This document shows, in pieces, positions 38,704-46,666 of a DNA stretch of 46,666 nucleotides. How positions within the stretch are numbered: the stretch's first letter is position 1; the number at the start of each line of letters is the position of its first letter. Where the stretch lies: NCBI GenBank assembly GCA_938091905.1, contig CALKOM010000060.1:1-46666 (forward strand), given 5' to 3'. Below the pieces are notes generated by a model. The model had not been told where the DNA came from and searched no databases. It saw nothing but the letters and a program-made list of their open reading frames with translations. The DNA comes from an uncultured Verrucomicrobiales bacterium (GTDB lineage Bacteria > Verrucomicrobiota > Verrucomicrobiia > Verrucomicrobiales > DEV007). A program made the translations under genes and the position numbers.

Positions 38704-39996
38704 TTAGAGAATGGTGTAAGGAGCGCGACGAGGACGGTCCATCCAACGTGCCGCATTGGCGTCGCCTACGATTTCCTCCTTCACAGGATCCCATTTGATT
38801 GGACGACCGAGACGCTCTGCAATGCCACTACAGTGACAGATACTTGCCGTGCGATGACCAATCTCCACATTACAAATCGTCGGCTTACGCGTGCGAATGC
38901 CGTCTAACCAATTGCCGCGATGGTCTTTGGACTCATAGAGCCGGATCTCATTCGGTCCGACCGACTGGCGCACCAATTCTGCTGGCGTCGCATCGAGACG
39001 ACCGCCGCGCGAAACAGAGACCGTGCCATCTTCTCCGATGAAATGGATCATGTGCCCATTCCGGTCAGGATGATCACGCAAGACTTTGGTCCCGTCGGCA
39101 TAGACATGGGTTTGGTGCTCATTGCCTTGATACCCTTTCGGAATGAACTCGACAGGGCCAGAATCGTCTTTGCCCAGCGCCCACTGAATGATGTCAAAAT
39201 GGTGCGCTCCCCAGTCGCCGTTCTTGCGAGAGCCATACTCCCAGAACCGTCGCCAACCTCCACCATAATTACCTTTCACACGTTCCTCATTGTAGGGGAA
39301 CCAAGGCGTTGGCCCTAACCAACGATCATAATCAAACCCCTTCGGAATCGGCTGCTCCGCAGGATTGTGCGGCTGAGGGAAACCACCCAGTCCAGCATAA
39401 ATGGTATGCACCTTGCCGATCCACCCATTTCTAACGATTTCACAGGCCTTGCGAAACGCACGCTCTGAACGCTGCTGGGAACCCACCTGTAGGATTCGGC
39501 CATAGCGCGCAGAGATATCTCGCATGACTTTGCCTTCCTCAATCGTCAACGTCATGGGCTTTTCCACATAGACGTCCTTGCCGTTTCTCATCGCCGCGAC
39601 AGAGATGGGTGCATGCCAGTGATCTGGCGTTCCCACGACTACCGCATCAAGATCCTTGCGTTCGACTAGTTTCTCGAACTCATGATAGGATTCACAGCCT
39701 GTGTGCTTGCCCTTGCCATCACGATCCGCATAGGTCTTCTCCACTTGCTTTAGTGCTTTGTCACGACGGTCTGAGTAGACATCGCACACGCCGATCACCT
39801 GAACGTCTTTACGCTGCAAATGATAGCCTCGATGCCCCCCCATAATGAGACCGTGACCGATTAGTCCCATCGTGATACGATTGCTAGGGGCCGTCGTTCC
39901 ATCCTTGCCCAGCACAGAGGCAGGTACTATCATCGGCGCTGCCAGGGCACTGGCTTTCTTGAGAAGATCTCGACGAGTAAGTTGCAGTGATTTCAT
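38704..39996 (-). CDS. Tat-exported Gfo/Idh/MocA family oxidoreductase
   Basis: TRRDLLK Tat motif; [19 protein letters not shown] and DWGAHHFD motifs. Confidence 0.94.
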   Translation of the reverse strand: MKSLQLTRRDLLKKASALAAPMIVPASVLGKDGTTAPSNRITMGLIGHGLIMGGHRGYHLQRKDVQVIGVCDVYSDRRDKALKQVEKTYADRDGKGKHTGCESYHEFEKLVERKDLDAVVVGTPDHWHAPISVAAMRNGKDVYVEKPMTLTIEEGKVMRDISARYGRILQVGSQQRSERAFRKACEIVRNGWIGKVHTIYAGLGGFPQPHNPAEQPIPKGFDYDRWLGPTPWFPYNEERVKGNYGGGWRRFWEYGSRKNGDWGAHHFDIIQWALGKDDSGPVEFIPKGYQGNEHQTHVYADGTKVLRDHPDRNGHMIHFIGEDGTVSVSRGGRLDATPAELVRQSVGPNEIRLYESKDHRGNWLDGIRTRKPTICNVEIGHRTASICHCSGIAERLGRPIKWDPVKEEIVGDANAARWMDRPRRAPYTIL

Positions 39997-40036
39997 AGAA
40001 AGGAGTATTTTGGAATCAGGTTTGTTGAGGGAAGTT

Positions 40037-40795
40037 CTACCAGGGAGTGCGCGCCCCGTTCACGTTCAAAGTTTGGCCAGATACAAAGGAAGCCTCCGGT
40101 GTCGCGAAGTAAAGCACGGCATCGCCAATCTCTTCCGGGGTCCCCCAACGGGCCATGGGTGTCATCGCAAGGTAATCATCCTTAGCCTCTTGCGGGTCGT
40201 TGTCATGCCGCTCGGTAGGGACCCAGCCGGGATTCACCACATTCACCGTGATGCCGAAGGGCGCCAACTCTGTCGCCATGCTTCGCGTCCAGCCGATCTG
40301 GCCACCTTTCGCCGCTACATAGGCACTGAAATTGCCAAAACTCGCTGGATAAACCTCACTCCCAATGTTCACATATCGGCCCCACTTCTGCGCCTTCATT
40401 GCCGGCAAGGTCGCCCGTGCGAGTAGATACGGACTCTTCACAAAGAAATCGAGCATCGTCTGGTAGAAGTCCCAGTCATACTCCTCGATCGGCTTCAGCG
40501 GCTGGTCCGGCGTCGCATTAGGCACCACGATGTCAACCGTCCCGAGTTCTTTCGAAGCCTGCGCGACCATTTCCTCGATCTCATCCTGATCGACCGCACT
40601 CGCTCGGATGAGTAGACCTTCGCCTCCCGCCGCCTTCAGCTCCTCAAAAGCCGCCTCCGCCCGCACTTGGTTGTTCGCATAATTCATCACCACCTTCGCG
40701 CCCGCAGCAGCGAGTCGAAAGAGGATCCCTTTGCCCAAACCAGTACTACTACCGGTGACAAGAGCAACATGGCCTTCAAGTGGACGAGCATTCAT
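40037..40795 (-). CDS. SDR family oxidoreductase (FabG-like)
   Basis: [13 protein letters not shown] (YxxxK), ITVNVVNPG and SGQTLNVNG motifs; start ATG 40795. Confidence 0.93.
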   Translation of the reverse strand: MNARPLEGHVALVTGSSTGLGKGILFRLAAAGAKVVMNYANNQVRAEAAFEELKAAGGEGLLIRASAVDQDEIEEMVAQASKELGTVDIVVPNATPDQPLKPIEEYDWDFYQTMLDFFVKSPYLLARATLPAMKAQKWGRYVNIGSEVYPASFGNFSAYVAAKGGQIGWTRSMATELAPFGITVNVVNPGWVPTERHDNDPQEAKDDYLAMTPMARWGTPEEIGDAVLYFATPEASFVSGQTLNVNGARTPW

Positions 40796-41010
40796 AGATA
40801 AGAGAGAACTTCGTGACAAAGAATCCGCCACAGGGAAAGTCCAAACCCCAAAGAAATTCAAAGTTCTCGGAACTCGCCTCGCAGCAACGTTAGACTAAGG
40901 CATAGGAACTGTTTTGAGAACTCCACGGTAGTGTTGAAGGGAGCAGCGTGATGAAATAGGGATCAAGTTGGCGCGGCTAAACCTCATGTAGGCAAGGCTC
41001 GCGCAAAGGG

Positions 41011-41187
41011 TCAAACCGAGAGGTTGTTCACAAGGCGATGGCGGTCGACCTTGAGGCCCACCTTCCTAACCTCAAACGCTAGGATTCGATCCTAAACAGA
41101 TTCCAGTAACCCTGGGCCCAGCTCCTTGTGAATCTTGATCGAGCAATCGACAAAAACCCCCAAGATCTCATTCTCAGTCGTTTTCAT
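41011..41187 (-). pseudogene. GxxExxY protein remnant
   Basis: GGAG SD plus ATG 41187: MKTTENEILGVFVDCSIKIHKELGPGLLESV*DRILAFEVRKVGLKVDRHRLVNNL. A TAG (41092-41094) replaces the motif Tyr, and the central part is missing. Not in the ORF track. Confidence 0.85.
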
Positions 41188-41318
41188 AACACTCCGATCC
41201 TCGGCGTTTCTGCGCGAGTTAAAACCTCAGGACGCCACCGCAGTGGTCAGGGGAGCAACGTCATGGAACAGTGCACCAAATGGGTGCTGCAAATTCCCAT
41301 GTAAGGAAGGCCCGTGAC

Positions 41319-42077
41319 CTACTCGGTGAACTTCGTATCCTTCCCATCTAAATTCACCTCTTGGATCCACGTGTTCCGATAGAGCACTTCATGCCCCTCA
41401 CATTGCAACTTCAAGCCGCCCGGCACGTCAGTGATGCCCTTGCCCCCGTCATTACCACCATCCAGTCCTGAGTTTGGGCCACCCCAGACTTTCATGATGC
41501 TGAAATCTTCGTGAGCTAACTTTCCATTAAAATAGATAGTCACTTTGGCATTCTCGATAAGCTTTCCATCTTCGAAGCGCGCGGCTTTGAACAGGATGTC
41601 GTAGGCATTCCATTTCCTGAGGCCGTTGTAGAGCTCGTAGGGCGATTCGGATTCGTTAATGATCGCGCCCATGCCATGCTTCGTCTTGTCGCCATCGAGC
41701 ACTTGAATCTCATAGCGATTCTGTAAATAAACGCCACTATTACCACCCTCATTCGGAATCAAGAACTCGATGTGCAAACGAAAGTCACGGTATTTCTTCT
41801 TCGTCACCAAGTCAGCGGTCCCATACTTACCACCAGCGGCAGCGGGGTCATCGGTCACGAGCACAAAGCCGCCATCTTCCGGATCTGGTGCCATCTTCCA
41901 CTTGATAGGGAGTGAGGAAGCGAAGCGAGGCCCTTCCCAATAAGTCCATTTTTCATCCACAATCGTCCGAGTGCCATCGAGTAGCATTTCAGCTTCCGCT
42001 GTGGGTTTCAAGCCCACCCCGAGATCGGCAGACAGGGTTGAAATTCCAGTGGTAAAGATAAGAAGGGCGCGTTTCAT
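41319..42077 (-). CDS. DUF1080 (3-keto-disaccharide hydrolase-like) secreted protein
   Basis: YRDFRLHIEF, GNSGVYLQNRYEIQVLD, WNAYDI and LQCEGHEVLYRNTWI motifs; start ATG 42077. Confidence 0.92.
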   Translation of the reverse strand: MKRALLIFTTGISTLSADLGVGLKPTAEAEMLLDGTRTIVDEKWTYWEGPRFASSLPIKWKMAPDPEDGGFVLVTDDPAAAGGKYGTADLVTKKKYRDFRLHIEFLIPNEGGNSGVYLQNRYEIQVLDGDKTKHGMGAIINESESPYELYNGLRKWNAYDILFKAARFEDGKLIENAKVTIYFNGKLAHEDFSIMKVWGGPNSGLDGGNDGGKGITDVPGGLKLQCEGHEVLYRNTWIQEVNLDGKDTKFTE

Positions 42078-42156
42078 GCAGCCTGATCTATCAAATCGCC
42101 TCCCACTTGCCAACTCTTCTCTTGTCTCGATCCGAGGTGACTTCTAAGATCTCGAC

Positions 42157-43206
42157 ATGAGCATCACCCGTCGTCGCTTCATTTCCACCACTGCCGGGGC
42201 CAGCCTTGTCAGCCCTCTCTTGCCTAACATCGCCACGGCTGCCAAGACAGGTTCAAAACCTGCCATCATCGGTGAAGGCGCTCACAAGTATGAGTGTCAT
42301 CACGGCTGGGGCGACGTGCCAAACCACATCAAGTGGATCGACACCCACGGGACCGCCGTCGATGGTCAAGGGTTTGTCTACATCAAGCACCGTGGCAACC
42401 GAAAAGAATCCACGGATACCATTGCCGTCTTCGAACCAGGCACAGGCAAATTCGTCCGTTCGTTTGGTAAAGAGTACAGTGGGGGCGGCCATGGGATCGA
42501 TGTGAGGAAAGAAGGCAACGAAGAATTCCTCTATCTTTGCGACAACAAAGGACTCGTCGCCAAAACGACCCTAGTAGGTGAGCAAATATGGACCATGAAA
42601 TATCCGAAAGAATCCGGCTTCTATGGTGAAAAGTCGCGGTTCTCTCCGACCAATATTGCCTTCGCACCGGACGGCGGATTCTACGTGGCTGATGGCTATG
42701 GCTCGAACTTCATCCATCAGTATGACAAGGACGCAAACTGGATTCGCAGTTGGGGCGGCACAGGATCTCGCATTGGGACCTTCAAAACACCTCACAGCAT
42801 TTGGTTAGACGACCGTCCCGGTCGTGAGGCCTCACTCGTAGTTGCCGATCGCGCCAACGCTCGTCTCCAGTATTTCTCACTCGATGGGATCCATCTCGGC
42901 TTCGTCGATACCGTGAGCTTCCCGGCTGACTTCGACACCCAAGGCGAAGTCCTCATGGTGCCAGACCTGCACGCCCGCATCACCCTGTATGACAATTCAA
43001 ACAAGGTCATCACCCACCTCGGCTACGCCGACGAGTGGACGAAGAAAGCACTCGCGGATGGCTTCAAGATGCGGAAGACACCTTCCATGTGGGAGAATGG
43101 TCGCTTCGTTCATCCGCATGATGCCTGTTTCGATAAGGACGGGAACATCTATGTCGCCGAGTGGGTGGCCACCGGCCGAGTCAGCTTCCTCAAGAAGGTG
43201 GATTAA
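42157..43206 (+). CDS. Tat-exported NHL-repeat beta-propeller protein (PAL-like)
   Basis: TRRRFI Tat motif; PTNIAFAPDGGFYVADGYG, PHSIWLD, VADRANARLQ and HPHDACFD motifs. Confidence 0.9.
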   Translation: MSITRRRFISTTAGASLVSPLLPNIATAAKTGSKPAIIGEGAHKYECHHGWGDVPNHIKWIDTHGTAVDGQGFVYIKHRGNRKESTDTIAVFEPGTGKFVRSFGKEYSGGGHGIDVRKEGNEEFLYLCDNKGLVAKTTLVGEQIWTMKYPKESGFYGEKSRFSPTNIAFAPDGGFYVADGYGSNFIHQYDKDANWIRSWGGTGSRIGTFKTPHSIWLDDRPGREASLVVADRANARLQYFSLDGIHLGFVDTVSFPADFDTQGEVLMVPDLHARITLYDNSNKVITHLGYADEWTKKALADGFKMRKTPSMWENGRFVHPHDACFDKDGNIYVAEWVATGRVSFLKKVD

Positions 43207-43311
43207 CAGGGCCATCCATCACGGAGAGCGATGCTCCGTCATCACCGAATTCTTCGGAATGCCCTCACACAACAAGAATCGGGAACCCGATCGTCGACTA
43301 GCCTCTCTTCT

Positions 43312-43989
43312 GTGAAACCGACCACAACCCTTGGAGAAACGCAGACCCCGGACGGCTCGCGTTTTCTCCTGCTAGAGCATGACGGAAACTTCTATTTCAA
43401 GTTAAACGGCACTCAACTGATGAGTTCCGACTGGACAGAGTCGGAGCTTCTACTGGCAGACGAAGCCTGCCGCTTTCGAAAAAAGAAAGCGGCACCACGC
43501 GTCCTGGTGGGCGGACTCGGACTTGGCTTCAGCTTAAAGCGTGTGCTAGAACTCGTCGATGCCCAGGCCGAAGTCTGGGTCGCGGAGCTCTTACCAGATG
43601 TCGTGCGATGGAACCGTGAGCACCTTCAAGCTCTCAACGGTAAGCTCCTCGATGAGCAACGAGTGAAGGTCTTCACGGGTGATGTCTATGATTGCCTGAG
43701 AAAACAAGGTTCCAGCTACTTCGATGCCATCCTCATGGACGTTGACAATGGCCCCACCGCTCTCGTCCAACCTCAGAACGCTCGGCTCTATGACAAGCGC
43801 GGGCTGCATCTCTTCTACGAAGCCTTACGCCCAGAAGGACGCGTCTCCTTCTGGGCCTCTGATCCAGAGCCAGCTTTCCCCGGTCAGCTTAAGAAAGCAG
43901 GCTTCCTTGTGGAAGAACTTCCTGCCAAGGCCCATCCGCGAGCCAAGCGATTCGCCCATCGGCTATACACAGGGGAGAAGCGGACCTAA
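43312..43989 (+). CDS. spermidine synthase-like SAM-binding protein
   Basis: LMSS...SE, VLVGGLGLGFSL, AELLP and FDAILMDVDNGP motifs; start placed at GTG 43312. Confidence 0.85.
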   Translation: MKPTTTLGETQTPDGSRFLLLEHDGNFYFKLNGTQLMSSDWTESELLLADEACRFRKKKAAPRVLVGGLGLGFSLKRVLELVDAQAEVWVAELLPDVVRWNREHLQALNGKLLDEQRVKVFTGDVYDCLRKQGSSYFDAILMDVDNGPTALVQPQNARLYDKRGLHLFYEALRPEGRVSFWASDPEPAFPGQLKKAGFLVEELPAKAHPRAKRFAHRLYTGEKRT

Positions 43990-44019
43990 CAATGGTTCAT
44001 CATCTCATATAATGTAGTG

Positions 44020-45525
44020 CTAACGATACCCGTTCTTTCGCACACGTTCTAGCAAAGCGCGCATCGCCCTAACACGATCTGGATCTTTGTCCGCAAGGTT
44101 CACTTTCTGAATGGGATCATTTGAAATATTGAAGAGCTGCATCTTCTCGTCACCAGGTGCCGGATAACTCCGCCGTTTCTCCCATGCCTTGTCGCGTTTG
44201 CTCACGTAGCCGTGGGGAGCATCAACGAGAACATAGTCCCCATCTCGAATGGCATAGTGATCCTTCTTCGTGTTGTGCACATGAGCCGTCCTCGCCGAAG
44301 TCTTGGCTTTCCCTTGGAGCACAGGCAAGAAATCAAAGGCGTCTTCAGCCACACCATCCGGCAGCACCTTTCCCAATACCGTCGCCACAGTGGCCATAAT
44401 GTCGATTTGAGAGACCAGCGCATCCGAAGTCGAGCCAGGGGCGACCACACCTGGCCATTTCACGACAAAGGGCACGTGATGACCGCCTTCGTAGATGTCC
44501 CTCTTCAGCCCTCGGAAAGGTTCCGCCGACCAGTGGTCGTATTTCTCGGCGCGGGGGTAAGCATAGCGCTCAGGTCCATTGTCCGCAGTGAAGATCACCA
44601 AGGTATTCTCGGACACGCCAGCGCGCTTCAAAGCTTCCAGCAACTGCCCGCAAGACCAGTCCGACTGTACGACGAAATCACCGTAGGGCCCCGCCTGGGA
44701 TCTCCCATCGAACTCATCCGTCGGCACAATCGGCGCATGGGGAGATGGCAAAGGGAAATAAAGAAAGAACGGACTCTCCTGTCCCTTGCGTTTCTCAATC
44801 CAGGTCACCGCCTTCTTCGTGAGCGTGGGCAACACTTCATAAAAATCCCAATCTGAGCACGCCGGACCCGGACGCACTTCCCAACCACCTTCTTTCGTCT
44901 TGGCCGTGATCGTTAGGGTGGTATCCGGCGCCTTGAGCACACGATCATTCTCGATCCACGCGTACGGCGGGAAGTTGATAACACTATCACCGAAGTAGTA
45001 GTCAAACCCGTGCGCCAGCGGCCCGTCAGGAATCGGCTTCGACCAATCAAAGGCGTCCGCACCCCAGAAGGTCTGGGTCCCCCTCCCTTTCTTGCGCTTC
45101 ATCGGCTTGGCATCAGGCTTGCGAATGGCCGGCCAGTCCCACCCAAGGTGCCATTTCCCAATGCAGGCCGTAATGTAGCCTTCCTCCTGTAGCATTTCTG
45201 GCAGGGTCCACTCTTCCTTGTCGAAGACAGACGTCCCTAGCGCATTGACTATACCATGAAACTTCCGCCAATGATGACGCCCCGTGAGCATGGCATAACG
45301 ACTCGGCGTACAGATACCCGAGGATGAGTGCCCATCCGTAAACCGCATCCCCTCACGCACTAACTGATCCAGGCATGGCGTGGGTATCTTCGATTTAGCG
45401 TTCTGAATAGCCAAATCACCATAGCCCATGTCATCCGCATAAAGCAGTAAAATGTTCGGCTTCGAGATCTGGGCATTTGCAGACAATCCAAGCAAGAGGG
45501 AACAAAGAGCGAGGAGGCGCTTCAT
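44020..45525 (-). CDS. arylsulfatase (S1 family)
   Basis: PNILLLYADDMGYGD, CTPSRYAMLTGR, GKWHLG, FTADNG and RGLKRDIYEGGHHVP motifs. Confidence 0.96.
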   Translation of the reverse strand: MKRLLALCSLLLGLSANAQISKPNILLLYADDMGYGDLAIQNAKSKIPTPCLDQLVREGMRFTDGHSSSGICTPSRYAMLTGRHHWRKFHGIVNALGTSVFDKEEWTLPEMLQEEGYITACIGKWHLGWDWPAIRKPDAKPMKRKKGRGTQTFWGADAFDWSKPIPDGPLAHGFDYYFGDSVINFPPYAWIENDRVLKAPDTTLTITAKTKEGGWEVRPGPACSDWDFYEVLPTLTKKAVTWIEKRKGQESPFFLYFPLPSPHAPIVPTDEFDGRSQAGPYGDFVVQSDWSCGQLLEALKRAGVSENTLVIFTADNGPERYAYPRAEKYDHWSAEPFRGLKRDIYEGGHHVPFVVKWPGVVAPGSTSDALVSQIDIMATVATVLGKVLPDGVAEDAFDFLPVLQGKAKTSARTAHVHNTKKDHYAIRDGDYVLVDAPHGYVSKRDKAWEKRRSYPAPGDEKMQLFNISNDPIQKVNLADKDPDRVRAMRALLERVRKNGYR

Positions 45526-45565
45526 GAAGTGAACCTATTCTGAAACGCGACTCCAGAGCAACCTA

Positions 45566-46666
45566 CTAATGGGAGGACGTCACCCGTCCGTCCGATGCCT
45601 TAGCCAGGACCTCCACACGACGATACTGTTCGCGGAAGTGCTCACTCAAACCCCGTCCGTAGAGGCTTTGCTCTCGGCTTGGTCGTTTGAGCACGTCAGC
45701 AATTTCACCCAAGGCAATCTCATAGGTTATTCGAGAGACATCATCAAAGGCTGCCACCGCATCTGGCGGAAAGTCATGATCAATCAGCGCCTGCCAGGCC
45801 GCACGTAGTTCATCGTGAGGGTCAAGACACACGGATTTGATAATGTAGCGGATCGCACCAAACGCACGCCCGGTCCAAGCCACCTCATAACGAAAGAGGT
45901 CCGCTTTCTCAAATGGCAGCACCTTCGGATCTGCGAAGTTGGTTAGGTATGGCTCCACATACAGGTCTTTGCGCACCGGCAGCCGACGCAGGGCTTGGCG
46001 TTCCGGCCCCCCATTCGTTCCCACCCGATAGTCCCACAATTGCTGCCCCTTTTTTGAGAAGAGAAACTCCATGAACTTAAAGGCGAGTTCTGAATTCGGA
46101 GCTCCGCGAAGCATGGCAATCGGATCCACACTTGTCGAGGATCCTCCGACGGGCGTGGCAAAGCGGAGGCGGGAACGCCCCTCCTCATCGCGAAGCAGCT
46201 CATTGAACGTCCTACCATAGTAGTCAATGCACATCCCAACAGCCGCCTCCCCCGCAGCCACATCCGCAGGTATCTTGGCCGAGAAGTTCGCGTAGTAGCG
46301 TGCGTTTGCCCCAATACGCCGAATGAGATTCATGCCGGTGGCCCATCCTTCCGACAAGGCAGCACGTTCATCGAGATCTCCACGATCAAGCACGCGACGC
46401 ATTTGCTGTTGCAGGATCATTTCGAACGCCTTGGTCACCGTGCCACTCGCCGTTGGGTCAGCCAGAGCGACTTCCTTGAAAAGCCGTGGGTCTGCTAACA
46501 GTGCCCAATCGGGAGTCGGGGCTTCAATACCCAGTCGATCTAAGGCATCGTCATTCACACAGATCCCAAAGGTAGAAAGACAGCAGCCTAACCAACGGTA
46601 ACCAGAATCGTAGAACGGCTCGCCTCCCACTTCCTGCGGAATGACACTTTCTGCAAACCAATCTGG
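45566..46666 (-). CDS. ABC transporter substrate-binding protein (5'-partial; Fe3+/SBP_bac-like)
   Basis: FGICVN, ALADPTASGT, GEAAVGMCIDYYG and DPIAMLRGAPNSELAFKFMEF motifs; the frame appears to continue past the window edge. Confidence 0.85.
   Translation of the reverse strand, partial: PDWFAESVIPQEVGGEPFYDSGYRWLGCCLSTFGICVNDDALDRLGIEAPTPDWALLADPRLFKEVALADPTASGTVTKAFEMILQQQMRRVLDRGDLDERAALSEGWATGMNLIRRIGANARYYANFSAKIPADVAAGEAAVGMCIDYYGRTFNELLRDEEGRSRLRFATPVGGSSTSVDPIAMLRGAPNSELAFKFMEFLFSKKGQQLWDYRVGTNGGPERQALRRLPVRKDLYVEPYLTNFADPKVLPFEKADLFRYEVAWTGRAFGAIRYIIKSVCLDPHDELRAAWQALIDHDFPPDAVAAFDDVSRITYEIALGEIADVLKRPSREQSLYGRGLSEHFREQYRRVEVLAKASDGRVTSSH

Noticed and set aside
40903..40920. TAGGAACTGTTTTGAGAA resembling an IS5-type terminal repeat
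   Set aside because: No partner inverted repeat or transposase remnant was found nearby; resemblance alone is insufficient.
13989..41187. Stop-codon reassignment (several in-frame TAGs fall at expected Tyr/Trp positions: 15110, 22021, 22057, 29998, 41092)
   Set aside because: Intact genes terminate with TAG (RND 7700-7702, ffh, transposase). The broken genes also carry TAA/TGA stops, frameshifts and deletions. Tyr and Trp codons are one substitution from TAG, so ordinary decay explains the pattern.
43221..43240. Short hairpin ACGGAG...CTCCGT after the NHL gene
   Set aside because: Only a 6-bp stem with no U-tract, and no second copy was noticed in the window.

Overview
A 46.7 kb bacterial chromosomal segment. 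Gene content (sulfatases, DUF1080, LamG/DxDGDG surface proteins, HEAT-repeat and Tat-exported Gfo/Idh/MocA proteins, Ser/Thr kinase, BatA/VWA) suggests a PVC-superphylum organism, most likely Verrucomicrobiota; this is an inference. The window opens in the 3' end of an IS630-family transposase. Intact genes include a tripartite RND efflux operon, ffh, leuB, menB, a polysaccharide deacetylase, two sulfatases, a kinase/ClpX-like/MGMT/histidine kinase/LysE run, and a sugar-redox cluster (HEAT, Gfo/Idh/MocA, SDR, DUF1080, NHL). About seven eroded pseudogenes lie between the intact genes, several of them hidden from the ORF track: an ECF sigma factor, a dockerin/Ig-repeat protein, a LamG protein, an SHD1-hydrolase, a two-domain redoxin, a class III cyclase and a GxxExxY gene. 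The most unusual intact genes are (i) a secreted protein with Ca-binding DxDGDG repeats followed by about 400 aa of Gly/Pro/Thr/Ser-rich sequence punctuated by a recurring (V/I)(V/I)GP(G/S/N)GEV motif, (ii) a ClpX-like ATPase with no zinc-binding domain and an apparently duplicated C-terminal small domain, and (iii) an apparently catalytically dead Amidase_3 homolog. I saw no rRNA, tRNA or CRISPR array. All family calls come from motif recognition by eye, with no database searches.
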